A DNA stretch of 64,000 bases from Terrimicrobiaceae bacterium (GCA_044342325.1 JBIIPZ010000015.1:1-64000), one strand, 5' to 3'; positions 1 through 9,136 are shown, counted from the stretch's first letter. The notes: generated from the sequence alone by a model not told the origin. Numbers and translations are program-made.

Positions 1-80
1 ACGAGACGGAGCTGGCGCTCGTTGAGTAGAGGTCTGATTTCGGCGAATTTGGCTTGGAGAGTTGCTTGGTCGATCATCAT
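1..80 (-). CDS. Transposase N-terminal fragment (partial, ISAzo13-like)
   Basis: Manual translation, 26 codons visible; absent from the ORF track because it is truncated by the window edge. Confidence 0.6.
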   Translation of the reverse strand, partial: MMIDQATLQAKFAEIRPLLNERQLRL

Positions 81-137
81 TCAAAGCCTGCCATAGGCTC
101 ACAAAAAATGCGACAGTTATTTTTGCGTGACACCTTA
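1..137 (-). mobile_element. Left end of an ISAzo13-family-like insertion sequence (runs off the window edge)
   Basis: The minus-strand ORF from ATG at 80 reads MMIDQATLQAKFAEIRPLLNERQLRL..., resembling the ISAzo13/Rhodopirellula transposase N-terminus (L[ND]ERQRRL). Candidate terminal repeat TAAGGTGTCACGCAAAAATAAC at 137-116. The other end is not visible. Confidence 0.65.
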
Positions 138-162
138 TCATGTTTCCCGAAAGAATTTTATT

Positions 163-191
163 TAACCACAGAGGACACAGAGAACACAGAG
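163..191. repeat. 9-nt-period array, CACAGAG x3
   Basis: CACAGAG at 167, 176 and 185 within TAACCACAGAGGACACAGAGAACACAGAG. Confidence 0.85.
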
Positions 192-310
192 GAGAACTAA
201 ACGTCACCGATGCATTCGCGACGCGAATGGGGCAGAGAAAAAACAAAAACTCTGCAAGCAGGCTTGTTAGATTTTTGCTTTTTTTCTGCCAATCCCATCT
301 GGCTGGGATC

Positions 311-340
311 ATCCGTGCCAATCCGAGATATCCGTGGTTA
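311..340. repeat. ~9-nt-period array, ATCCG x3
   Basis: ATCCG at 311, 321 and 330. It ends in GTGGTTA (334-340), the reverse complement of TAACCAC (163-169). Confidence 0.6.
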
Positions 341-373
341 CTTCCCCTCCAACCGCGCAGCGCCCGTTCTGGC

Positions 374-408
374 CTGAAAACTGAAAACTGAAAACCGAAC
401 ACTGAATA
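374..408. repeat. Heptamer tandem array, CTGAAAA x3 plus 2 degenerate units
   Basis: CTGAAAA CTGAAAA CTGAAAA CCGAACA CTGAATA, directly upstream of the prepilin cleavage motif. Confidence 0.9.
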
Positions 409-998
409 CTTTTTCCGCTTTTTCTTTGATCGAGCTTTTAGTGGTGATCGCCATCGTCGGCCTCCTGATGACCGCCACCGTTCCTGCTCTCAACAGCGTG
501 CTGGAAAATGGCCGCCTCACGCAAGCCGCCACCTTGGTTGTCAATCAATTCACCCTGGCCAGGCAGAAAGCCAGTGCCGAAAAAAAAAACATCACCCTGC
601 GCTTCATCCGAAAAGACACCTCCTCGCCCTACGACCGCATCCAACTGGTCACTCTGGATTCCGCAACCAACGCCACACCCGTGTCTCGCCTCACCACACT
701 GCCAATGCAGACGGCCATCGCCAGCGATACAGCCCTCACCTCCCTCATGAGCCTCACCGAGTCCACTGCCAGCAGCGCGAAAGACCCCTCCCTTCCGGAA
801 CTCGGAACCTCCTACCTCTATAAACAATGCACGTTCCGCCCTCGCGGGAGTCTGGATGGAAGCCCTCTCACCATCACAGACAAATGGTTTGCCACGGTCG
901 TCCTCCAGCGCAACGCATCCAACACCACAGCCGCCGCCAACTTCGCCACCATACAAGTCGACCCCGTTAACGGCGGCCTGCAGATTTACAGACCGTAA
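381..998 (+). CDS. Prepilin-type N-methylation protein, Verru_Chthon cassette protein D-like (start uncertain)
   Basis: In-frame FSAF-SLIELLVVIAIVGLL motif beginning upstream of the tracked TTG (426); LARQKA; C-terminal NFATIQVDPVNG...RP. In-frame TGA at 375-377 and no ATG before the motif. Confidence 0.8.
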   Translation: MKTENRTLNTFSAFSLIELLVVIAIVGLLMTATVPALNSVLENGRLTQAATLVVNQFTLARQKASAEKKNITLRFIRKDTSSPYDRIQLVTLDSATNATPVSRLTTLPMQTAIASDTALTSLMSLTESTASSAKDPSLPELGTSYLYKQCTFRPRGSLDGSPLTITDKWFATVVLQRNASNTTAAANFATIQVDPVNGGLQIYRP

Positions 999-1005
999 GA
1001 AAAGG

Positions 1006-1036
1006 CTGTGACGCCGCTCTAAAGCGGCATGGACAG
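1006..1036. terminator. Hairpin between convergent genes
   Basis: GCCGCT-CTAA-AGCGGC core with outer CTGT/ACAG pairing; no clear U-tract. Confidence 0.3.
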
Positions 1037-1141
1037 GGACAAAAAGACCAGAGTTGCTGCCAAACCTTCGGCTAAAATGGATGTGGCTCTGATCCTCATA
1101 ATTTGGCGTTCAGGGATGAGAGCGTGTCGAAGTGCGGAAGC

Positions 1142-1495
1142 TTACACAAAAGCGCTGGCCATGGCGTAGGGAACCGGCAGCGGGATCTCGAAGGTTGGAC
1201 GGAATTTTTTTCCCAGCTTGGCCAGCCATTCGTGAGTGGGGCAGGAGTAATCGTGAATGGTGAGCAGGCAACCGGCAGCGGATGGAGCGAGGGAATAGCG
1301 TTCGATCTGGATTTTGACCGGATTGGGATCGCCGTGCATGGCCAAGGTAACGGCAGCGCGTTTGTTCGGGGTGTCGAGTTCGATATTTTGCACAGTGCCG
1401 ATGCCTGCGAGGTGTTTTTCCAATTCGGGTTTGAGGAACGAGGCGACAACACCGCCTGTGGAGCCTCCGAGGGCGCTGAGTAAGTTTGAGATCAT
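1142..1495 (-). CDS. Hypothetical protein (117 aa)
   Basis: ATG-started ORF with protein-like composition filling the gap; no recognised motif. Confidence 0.6.
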   Translation of the reverse strand: MISNLLSALGGSTGGVVASFLKPELEKHLAGIGTVQNIELDTPNKRAAVTLAMHGDPNPVKIQIERYSLAPSAAGCLLTIHDYSCPTHEWLAKLGKKFRPTFEIPLPVPYAMASAFV

Positions 1496-1630
1496 GGGAA
1501 TGAGGCATTATGGGAACGAATCCGGTCAAGGGAAGGAGGAACTCGAGCATCGCAATTCGGCGGCCGGCTGGGCTCTTCGCAAAAATCCGCAGCTTGTGGC
1601 ATGGCGTCAAAATCCATATGAAATCCGGGC

Positions 1631-1873
1631 ATGAACGACCTCTCCGCCTTGCACAAGAGCCTTCATGCGGCCGTCAAAGCCCGCCTGGACATCGTAGCCG
1701 ACCACGCGTTCCGCGATCGCGATGCGGCAGCGCATCTGGAGGCGCTGAAATCGGCAGCGGCGCAGCTCGACACACTCGTTGCGAACCTCCCGCCGGATAC
1801 GGATCCCACACTGCGGCATTACTTGGAGCGCCAGAGCTACACAAAGGCACTGGCTTGGCTGGAGGAGGCGTGA
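1631..1873 (+). CDS. Small helical hypothetical protein (80 aa)
   Basis: Protein-like ORF (LRHYLERQSYTKALAWL); its stop overlaps the next GTG start (GTGA). Confidence 0.7.
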   Translation: MNDLSALHKSLHAAVKARLDIVADHAFRDRDAAAHLEALKSAAAQLDTLVANLPPDTDPTLRHYLERQSYTKALAWLEEA

Positions 1874-2715
1874 CGAATCCCTTTTCGGCTCAGATCGACC
1901 TCAAGGCCACGCTGCAGAGCGGGCAGGTTTTTCACTGGCACCAGAATGCGGACAACTCCTGGAGCGGACTCATAGGCGAAATGCCTGCGCAAGTTTTTGA
2001 AAAAGACCGGCGCCTTGTCGTCGCGCAGGGCGAACCAGGTGTCATTGCGAGGCACTTTGCGTTGGATCATCCGCTGGACCAAATCACCGCCGCGTTTCCA
2101 AGAGACCCGACGAGCCAAGCAGCGCTCACCGCCTGCGAGGGAATGCGCATCCTGCGGCAACCGCATTGGGAATGCACGGCCACTTTCATCACGAGTTCGA
2201 TGAAACAAGTCGCACACATCCGCTCCATGTCTCTGGCCATCCGCGAGCGGTTCGGGATGCGCATCGAGGGATCCGATATCTCGGCCTATCCATCTTTCGA
2301 GACGTTGGCAGGCGCTTCGGAGAGTGCCCTGCGCACTTGCGGCCTTGGCTACCGCGCCGGGAACCTTCTGCAGACTGCGCGAATTCTGGCGGAAGGCAGG
2401 CTGAACCTGGATGCCATCGCCAAACAGAAAACGCCGCTCCTGCGAAAATCGCTCACGAGCCTTCCCGGAGTCGGCGTGAAAGTGGCGAACTGTATCCTCC
2501 TCTTTGCCTACGAGCGGCTCGATGCCGTTCCGATCGACACATGGATTCATCGCATCCTGCTCACCATGCGCGGTGGGAGGGACGGCACGGCGGCGGAACT
2601 CGCGCGCTATGCCCGGCGGCGACTGGGTCCCTACGCGGGCTATGTCCAACAATACCTCTTCCACCACGCCCGCTCGCTCAAGCGGGGCAGGACTCCGGTG
2701 GCGCAGAAAAACTGA
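1870..2715 (+). CDS. 8-oxoguanine DNA glycosylase (Ogg1-type, HhH-GPD)
   Basis: TLQSGQVFHW N-terminus, GLGYRA, HhH LPGVGVKVANC, VPIDTW, YAGYVQQYLF. Start re-assigned to GTG 1870. Confidence 0.9.
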   Translation: MTNPFSAQIDLKATLQSGQVFHWHQNADNSWSGLIGEMPAQVFEKDRRLVVAQGEPGVIARHFALDHPLDQITAAFPRDPTSQAALTACEGMRILRQPHWECTATFITSSMKQVAHIRSMSLAIRERFGMRIEGSDISAYPSFETLAGASESALRTCGLGYRAGNLLQTARILAEGRLNLDAIAKQKTPLLRKSLTSLPGVGVKVANCILLFAYERLDAVPIDTWIHRILLTMRGGRDGTAAELARYARRRLGPYAGYVQQYLFHHARSLKRGRTPVAQKN

Positions 2716-2771
2716 ACCCCAGTGTCATTTCGCTCTCGCGGTTCGACCCTGCGGAATGTTTCTCTGGTGGG

Positions 2772-3527
2772 ATGAAATTGATCTCATGGAATGTCAACGG
2801 CATTCGCTCGATACTCGGCAAGGGGTTCATGGATTACTTGGATGCCGAGAAGCCTGATGTGATCTGCCTCCAAGAGGTCAAGGCCCGCGAGGAGCAGGTG
2901 CCGCAGACATTCGATGGATACGAGGTTTTCTGGAATGCGGCGATCAAGCCCGGCTACTCCGGCACGGCGATTCTCACACGGAAAAAGCCAACGTCCGTCA
3001 TCAATGGCATAGGCCGCGAGGAGCACGACAAGGAAGGACGCGTCATCAGCGCCGACATGGGGGATTTTTTCCTGGTGAATGTTTACACGCCCAACTCCAA
3101 GCGGGAGCTCACGCGACTCGACTACCGCACGAGGGAATGGACACCGGCATTTATCGACCACCTCCAAACGCTCGAAAAAACCAAGCCTGTCATCTTCTGT
3201 GGTGACATGAATGTCGCTCACCGCGAGATCGATCTGGCGAGACCGAAGGACAACACGCAAAACGCTGGATTCACAATCGAGGAGCGGGAGGCCTTCGACC
3301 GAACGCTAGCGGCGGGTTTTGTGGACACATTCCGCCACTTCGAACCCGGCGGTGGACGCTACACTTGGTGGAGCTACCAGAACGGCGCCCGCGAGAGGAA
3401 TATCGGATGGCGCATCGATTATTTCTGCGCCTCGGCCAAGCTCGCGCCAGCCCTGAAATCCGCATTCATCCACGATCATATCTTGGGCAGCGACCACTGC
3501 CCGGTGGGTCTGGTTTTGGATGTCTGA
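2772..3527 (+). CDS. xth: Exodeoxyribonuclease III / AP endonuclease
   Basis: SWNVNGIR, CLQEVK, GYSGTA, GDMNVAH, GWRIDYF, GSDHCPV motifs; ATG at 2772. Confidence 0.97.
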   Translation: MKLISWNVNGIRSILGKGFMDYLDAEKPDVICLQEVKAREEQVPQTFDGYEVFWNAAIKPGYSGTAILTRKKPTSVINGIGREEHDKEGRVISADMGDFFLVNVYTPNSKRELTRLDYRTREWTPAFIDHLQTLEKTKPVIFCGDMNVAHREIDLARPKDNTQNAGFTIEEREAFDRTLAAGFVDTFRHFEPGGGRYTWWSYQNGARERNIGWRIDYFCASAKLAPALKSAFIHDHILGSDHCPVGLVLDV

Positions 3528-3547
3528 AACTTTTTTGAAAAAACTTT

Positions 3548-3574
3548 GAACACCCCTCTCGATCGCGCGTCTAA
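3548..3574 (+). promoter_or_regulatory. Putative ECF-sigma promoter
   Basis: GAAC (3548-3551), 17-nt spacer, GTCTAA (3569-3574), preceded by an A/T tract. Confidence 0.45.
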
Positions 3575-3595
3575 GTTATCAGTTGAGACAACAAC

Positions 3596-3661
3596 TCAGG
3601 TCACCGCGGTTCAGTTTTTAATTGTTTTTTCTGAACCACCAAGCGGTGACCTGATCTTTTT
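3596..3661 (+). terminator. Long stem-loop with U-tract (intrinsic terminator or body of a candidate sRNA)
   Basis: TCAGGTCACCGC (3596-3607) pairs with GCGGTGACCTGA (3643-3654); inner GGTTCAG/CTGAACC; followed by TCTTTTT. Confidence 0.75.
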
Positions 3662-3711
3662 GTTGCATTTGTCCCCTTGCAGGGCGTCGGGCACTTGGCT
3701 AAGGAGGCGCA

Positions 3712-4404
3712 ATGGATGACACCGTGCTATTGGTAGAAGACGAAAGCGATGTGGTGGATTTGCTGCGCTACCATTTCAAAAAGGCTGGTTTTAAAGTTCA
3801 AATCACAAACTCGGGCGATGCTGGACTCGCTGCAGTGCGCTCCAAGAGGCCGGATGCCGTGGTGCTCGACTTGATGCTTCCCGGCATGACGGGCCTCGAG
3901 GTCTGTCGCGCTCTGAAAGCTGACAACGAGACCTCAGCTATTCCCGTCCTCATGCTCACAGCCCGCAGCGAGGTGAAGGATCGCGTGAAAGGGCTCGAAA
4001 TCGGCGCGGACGACTATGTCACCAAGCCATTCAGTCCGAAGGAAGTCGTCCTTCGCGTCCAAGGTCTCCTGCGCCGCATTCGTAGCGCGGCCGAAGAGGT
4101 GAATTTACTGGAAGTGGATGGCATCTCGATCGACAAAACAGCGCTCAGAGCCTCCGTGGATGACCAGCGCCTGGACCTGACTACGATCGAGTTCAAGCTC
4201 CTGCTCACCCTCGTCACCAATCGCGGACGCATCCTCTCGCGTGAGACTCTCCTCAGCGATGTGTGGGGGTATTCGACAGGCGCGGACACTCGCACTGTGG
4301 ATACGCACATGCGTCGCCTTCGTGAAAAACTCGGCGATCACGCGTCGAAGGTGGAAACCATCCGAGGCCAAGGCTACCGCTTCAGCGCGCCACACACACC
4401 TTGA
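3712..4404 (+). CDS. phoB: OmpR/PhoB-family response regulator
   Basis: VEDE, LDLMLP, ADDYVTKPF, winged-helix TRTVDTHMRRLREKLG; overlaps a PhoR-like kinase. Confidence 0.85.
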   Translation: MDDTVLLVEDESDVVDLLRYHFKKAGFKVQITNSGDAGLAAVRSKRPDAVVLDLMLPGMTGLEVCRALKADNETSAIPVLMLTARSEVKDRVKGLEIGADDYVTKPFSPKEVVLRVQGLLRRIRSAAEEVNLLEVDGISIDKTALRASVDDQRLDLTTIEFKLLLTLVTNRGRILSRETLLSDVWGYSTGADTRTVDTHMRRLREKLGDHASKVETIRGQGYRFSAPHTP

Positions 4405-5708
4405 GCGGGATGTGGAGTTTGTTGCTTCTGACAGCCTTGGGTGTGGCGGCATGGCTGATTGTTTATCGATTTATCCGCCCCCTGAGAAGGATCCGGGAAG
4501 ACATTCAGCGCCTATCGAGCGGGAACTTCCAACTTCCGGCGCTCGACACAGAGGCTTCGACCTATCAACTCACCGCACAACACATCCGGAAAATTGCCGA
4601 GAGGCTCCGCACGCTGGATGAACAAACGGTGGAAGGCGGTTTGAGTCTGCGCGGCATCCTCTCCGGCATGAAAGAGGGCATAGTGGTCGCAAGCCGGGAC
4701 AAACGAATAACCCTCGTCAACGAATCCCTCCAAGCCTTCTTCCCTGCAGCCAAATCCCATGTCGGGCGCTCCGTGCTCGAGGTCTTCCGCCGCCATGAAA
4801 TCGAACAGGCCGTCTCGGCAACGCTCACCGATGGAAGCAAGCAGGACCTCTCCCTCGTCTTTGAATTCACCCAGCAATCGGGGCCGGTTGTTCAGCGGCA
4901 CTTCGATATCCATGTCTCGCCGATGTCGAGGGCCTCGGAAGAACTTCCCCAGGCTGCGCTGATCGTGTTTCAGGAAGTCACCGCCATCCGCACGCTGGAG
5001 GCCGCCCGCCGGGAATTCGTGGCGAATGTTTCGCATGAATTCCGCACCCCTGTCTCTGTCATCAATGGCTATGTGGAAACGCTGTTGGATGGTGCCACAG
5101 AGGATCCCGAGATGACCACTGTGTCGCTTCGGGCGATCCATCGTAATGTGCAAAGACTTTCCCTGCTACTCGAAGACCTGCTCACCATTTCCAGCATGGA
5201 GGGCAAGGGGCGCCGGCTGTATTTTTCTCGCGTCAATCTTCGCAAGATTGCCGAGAGGGTCATCGAAAACCTCGACAGCGGCGGCGCTACAAGGAATGCG
5301 GAATTTCAGATCCAGTGGACAGAGGAAGCCGTCTTTGCCGAAGTCGATGAGCACAGGATTGAACAGGTTTATTGGAATCTTCTGACCAATGCCATCCGCC
5401 ACGGCGAATCGAACGCACCGATCATCGAACTCAATGCCCGCCTGGAAGCGGAGTGGGTGGAAATATCGATCGCTGACAACGGAACAGGAATTCCCCTCGA
5501 GGATCAGGCACACATCTTTGAGCGATTCTACCGCGTCCACAAACACCGCGCCCGCGATGCGGGAGGAACAGGACTCGGCCTCTCGATCGTCAAAAACATC
5601 ATCCTCGCCCACGGCGGCCAGATTTCCCTGCGCAGCACGCCAGGGGATGGCGCGACATTCATCATCCGCCTGCCCGTCTCCCAAAAAGAAATTTCGCCGA
5701 CTAAATAA
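4401..5708 (+). CDS. phoR: PhoR-like sensor histidine kinase (TM-HAMP-PAS-HisKA-HATPase)
   Basis: EFVANVSHEFRTP H-box, NLLTNAI, DNGTGI, FERFYRV, GGTGLGLSIVK. Confidence 0.85.
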   Translation: MSGMWSLLLLTALGVAAWLIVYRFIRPLRRIREDIQRLSSGNFQLPALDTEASTYQLTAQHIRKIAERLRTLDEQTVEGGLSLRGILSGMKEGIVVASRDKRITLVNESLQAFFPAAKSHVGRSVLEVFRRHEIEQAVSATLTDGSKQDLSLVFEFTQQSGPVVQRHFDIHVSPMSRASEELPQAALIVFQEVTAIRTLEAARREFVANVSHEFRTPVSVINGYVETLLDGATEDPEMTTVSLRAIHRNVQRLSLLLEDLLTISSMEGKGRRLYFSRVNLRKIAERVIENLDSGGATRNAEFQIQWTEEAVFAEVDEHRIEQVYWNLLTNAIRHGESNAPIIELNARLEAEWVEISIADNGTGIPLEDQAHIFERFYRVHKHRARDAGGTGLGLSIVKNIILAHGGQISLRSTPGDGATFIIRLPVSQKEISPTK

Positions 5709-5754
5709 AGAGGCGCAACTTTTCGAGATTTCGAGTGTTTGACTCCTTGAAGAT

Positions 5755-6417
5755 ATGAAACCTCTCCACATCCTAATCGCAATCACAGCCCTCTGCGGCT
5801 CACCACTCCTCGCCACCGCGCAGCAACCCGCAGCCACGCCCGCCGCAGCGGACTCCCCCAAACACGGCCCGGAAGAATGGAAGAAGCAACGCGAATGGAT
5901 CGAGGGCCTGCCCGCGGATGTGCGCAGCCGATTCAAAGAAGCACGGGACGAGGCGATGAAAGATCCAAAAATCCAAGCACTGCGTGAAAAGGCCGAGGCG
6001 GCCGGGAAGGAATTGCGCGACGCCGTGAGGGATGCGATCGCAACAAAAGACCCTGAGCTCGCCACACAATTGAGCGAGGTTCTCAAAAAGAAGGAAAAAG
6101 ACCCCGCAACCAAGGAGAAAAAATTCCGCCCTGATGCACAGGGCGAATCTGCCATCCAGAAATTGCCACCCGCTGAGCGCGACCGCCTCGCAGCGGCCCG
6201 CGAGATCGCCAAACAGGCTCCGGCCGTTCAATCTGCAGAGGCCGCTATGAAAGCGGCTCAGACGCCCGAGGCACGCCGGGACGCCGCCAAGAATTTCCAG
6301 AAGGCCATGCACGATGCCATGATCACCGCAGACCCTTCGCTTGCGGACATTCTGGATAAAATCAAACCTCCCAAGCCAGACACCATGCCAACTCCCCCCG
6401 CAGAGATGGCGCAGTAG
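5755..6417 (+). CDS. Secreted helical hypothetical protein with internal duplication
   Basis: Signal peptide; two similar units (LPADVRSRFKEARDEA...DPELA / LPPAERDRLAAAREIA...DPSLA). Confidence 0.8.
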   Translation: MKPLHILIAITALCGSPLLATAQQPAATPAAADSPKHGPEEWKKQREWIEGLPADVRSRFKEARDEAMKDPKIQALREKAEAAGKELRDAVRDAIATKDPELATQLSEVLKKKEKDPATKEKKFRPDAQGESAIQKLPPAERDRLAAAREIAKQAPAVQSAEAAMKAAQTPEARRDAAKNFQKAMHDAMITADPSLADILDKIKPPKPDTMPTPPAEMAQ

Positions 6418-6419
6418 GA

Positions 6420-6668
6420 CTACCCGGCAACCGGCGGCTTCACTTCCTTGGAATCACGAGAACTGGAGCCGTCTGCCTGGGATGAGGGAGCCTCTTGGGC
6501 TTCAGCCGGCTTTTGTTTGCGCCAGCTCCCGTCTTTGAGCATCCGCGTGTAGGGTCCCTCGACCGTCTGCGGAGAGTAAAGATCCCTGCGATTTTGGATG
6601 GTTGTGCAGGAAGTGAGAAGCGAGAGGGCCAGAGTGGCAACAATGAGGGCGGGTTTCATTTTTCCCAT
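6420..6668 (-). CDS. Small putative lipoprotein
   Basis: MKPALIVATLALSLLTS-C lipobox. Confidence 0.7.
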   Translation of the reverse strand: MGKMKPALIVATLALSLLTSCTTIQNRRDLYSPQTVEGPYTRMLKDGSWRKQKPAEAQEAPSSQADGSSSRDSKEVKPPVAG

Positions 6669-6759
6669 GTAGAACCCCCGGCGCGCAAGGTGTCAAGAAT
6701 GCGAAGTTTCTGATTTCATGAAGCTCGGCGACGGGCTATCAGCAGGCCCTGCGCTTCAC

Positions 6760-9087
6760 ATGGAACTCACAGAAAAATTCCTCGTCTCACTCGGCGGTTG
6801 GCCGGTCTTCAAAGAGGCGAAGGCCATTCGCGATGCGGGACGCATTTGTGACGCCACTTACGAGCCTCCCCTGCTGAAGGGTCGCATCAACGAAGGTGGG
6901 CGGGATTTTTTGACAGGGCTGAAAATCAAGAATCCGGTGGATATCGAAAATCTCTGCCCCTGCCGGGATTCCCGCCAGCGGGGACTCATCTGCGCCCACT
7001 CGATCGCCGCAGCACTCGAAATCATCGCCCCGGCTCCCAAGCGTGCGACTCCTGCCCAGGCTTCGGCTCCAGCTGCACAGGCCTTCGCGGCCACATCCGA
7101 GCACCCGCGTATTGAATTTTCCATAGAAGGCTCGCTCCGCCACCTCGAGGGGGCGATTTCCTTTCATTACTCGAAGCCTGGCATGCAGAATCCATCCGCC
7201 GAGGCTGCCGCTCTTGCCCGACTTGTCGGCTGCGGATTCGAAAACGAGAAAGGAAAAGCCGTGCTGCGCGGCGAGGATGCCGTCGTGAAATTTTATGCCG
7301 CTGAGTTACCACGCCTCAAAAACGAATGGAGCATCAAGGAAGGCGAGCGCTTTCAACATGTCACCAAAGACATCGTCCGCTTCGAACCCCGCTTTGCACT
7401 GAAGGAGCGCAGCGATGGCTGGCTGGATTTTCATATACACTTCACAGCCGGGAAGGAGGCCATTCTCAGCGCCCAGGACCTGCAACGCCTGCTTCAGAGC
7501 GGAAAACCCCAGCTGCGCCTCGCCGATGGACGCATTGCCGTGCCGGATGCCGACCTCGCCACCGACTTGGAGGAGGTGCTTCGAGACTGCGACCCCTCGC
7601 AGGAACGAGGTGCATACAAGCTCCGCGAATCTCAACGCGGATACATTGAATCCAGCATTGCCGAGTGGACGGGGCAACTCCCAACCCTCCAGCCAGCACT
7701 AAAGACAGACACTCTCGGACCACTGCGCGAACGCCTGCGTCCGTATCAGGTCGAAGGAGCGCTTTGGCTTTTAAAAAACGCCCGCAGCGGCTCGGCAGGA
7801 TTGCTGGCCGATGAGATGGGTCTGGGAAAAACTATTCAGACGCTTGCCATGGTGGAAGCCCTGCCGGGTCCGCACCTTGTTGTGTGTCCTTCATCCCTGG
7901 TCTGGAATTGGAGCCGCGAGGCGGCAGCCTTCTGCCCCAACCTGAGAGTGTTGACGATCGAAGGCGCGGGACGCTTAGAACAATTCGCCAAGATCCCGGA
8001 GCACGACCTGATCATAACCAGCTACGCCCTCTTGCGCCGCGACGCCGAGCATTACAAAGCCTTCGTCTTTTCAACGACCACACTCGATGAGGCCCAGCAC
8101 ATCAAAAATCCCGGCAGCCAAAATGCGCGGGCGGCGTGTGCCATCCGTTCGAAGGCTCGATTCATCCTCACCGGAACCCCGCTGGAGAACTCCATCCGAG
8201 ACCTCTGGTCCCTCTTCGACTTCCTGCTGCCGGGCTATCTGGGCACGCGGAAGGATTTTCAAGACCGCTACGAAAAACCGCTGGCCGCCGGGGAATCCGC
8301 TGGAGTCTGGCCGCGATTGCTCCGGCGCGTGAGACCCTGGATGCTTCGCCGCACGAAGTCGGAAATCCTCAAGGAACTCCCGCCCAAAATCGAACAGGTC
8401 GTGCAAGTGGAGCTTACCCCCGACCAAAAGGCCGCCTACACGCAACTCCAGATTGCCGCCCGCGCCGAAGTCGACGCCATGCGCGAGTCGGGCGGAGCCG
8501 CCCGCATGAAGGTCCTCACCGCTCTCCTGCGCCTGCGGCAGGCGTGTTGCGACTTGCGGCTTCTGAATAAGGAAACCAATGCGCCCTCGGCGAAAATCGA
8601 CGCTCTGCTGGAACTTCTCGGGGAAGCGGTGGATGGCGGCCACCGCACGCTCGTCTTCAGCCAATTCACCTCCATGCTCGACCTGATCGCCCCCGCGCTG
8701 GACGAGGCGGGCATTACCTGGTGCCGCCTCGATGGTTCAACCAAGGATCGCGCCACAGTGGTCGAGCGCTTTCAATCCGATCCCTCCATCTCCGTTTTTC
8801 TCATCAGCCTCAAAGCTGGTGGCGTTGGACTCAATCTCACTGGCGCGGACACAGTCATCCACTTCGACCCCTGGTGGAATCCAGCCGTGGAAGCTCAGGC
8901 CACCGACCGTGCCCATCGCATTGGTCAACAAAATGTCGTCACCTCGATCAAACTCATCGCCCGCGACACGGTGGAGGAACGAGTGCTCGAAATGCAGGCC
9001 AAAAAGAAAACGCTTAGCATGGAACTATTAGACCCCGATTCTGTTACAGGATTGAGCGCCGAGCTTGTCGGCGAGCTGATCGGGTGA
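6760..9087 (+). CDS. SWIM-domain SNF2/SWI2-family helicase
   Basis: SWIM CPC...ICAH; LADEMGLGKT, DEAQHIKN, TGTPLEN, SLKAGGVGLNLTGAD, QATDRAHRIGQ. Confidence 0.95.
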   Translation: MELTEKFLVSLGGWPVFKEAKAIRDAGRICDATYEPPLLKGRINEGGRDFLTGLKIKNPVDIENLCPCRDSRQRGLICAHSIAAALEIIAPAPKRATPAQASAPAAQAFAATSEHPRIEFSIEGSLRHLEGAISFHYSKPGMQNPSAEAAALARLVGCGFENEKGKAVLRGEDAVVKFYAAELPRLKNEWSIKEGERFQHVTKDIVRFEPRFALKERSDGWLDFHIHFTAGKEAILSAQDLQRLLQSGKPQLRLADGRIAVPDADLATDLEEVLRDCDPSQERGAYKLRESQRGYIESSIAEWTGQLPTLQPALKTDTLGPLRERLRPYQVEGALWLLKNARSGSAGLLADEMGLGKTIQTLAMVEALPGPHLVVCPSSLVWNWSREAAAFCPNLRVLTIEGAGRLEQFAKIPEHDLIITSYALLRRDAEHYKAFVFSTTTLDEAQHIKNPGSQNARAACAIRSKARFILTGTPLENSIRDLWSLFDFLLPGYLGTRKDFQDRYEKPLAAGESAGVWPRLLRRVRPWMLRRTKSEILKELPPKIEQVVQVELTPDQKAAYTQLQIAARAEVDAMRESGGAARMKVLTALLRLRQACCDLRLLNKETNAPSAKIDALLELLGEAVDGGHRTLVFSQFTSMLDLIAPALDEAGITWCRLDGSTKDRATVVERFQSDPSISVFLISLKAGGVGLNLTGADTVIHFDPWWNPAVEAQATDRAHRIGQQNVVTSIKLIARDTVEERVLEMQAKKKTLSMELLDPDSVTGLSAELVGELIG

Positions 9088-9136
9088 AACACATTGAGAT
9101 TCGGGGGAATCCCTGCCAATCTTTAGAGAAATTTTG

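Noticed and set aside
1510..2771. Long N-terminal extensions of the tracked ogg (from 1510) and xth (from 2166) ORFs
   Set aside because: They overlap better-supported genes; family motifs begin at 1870 and 2772.
5714..5741. Possible second ECF-type promoter (GCAACTTTT...GTGTTT) upstream of the secreted protein
   Set aside because: The motif is too short and degenerate to support without a genome-wide matrix.
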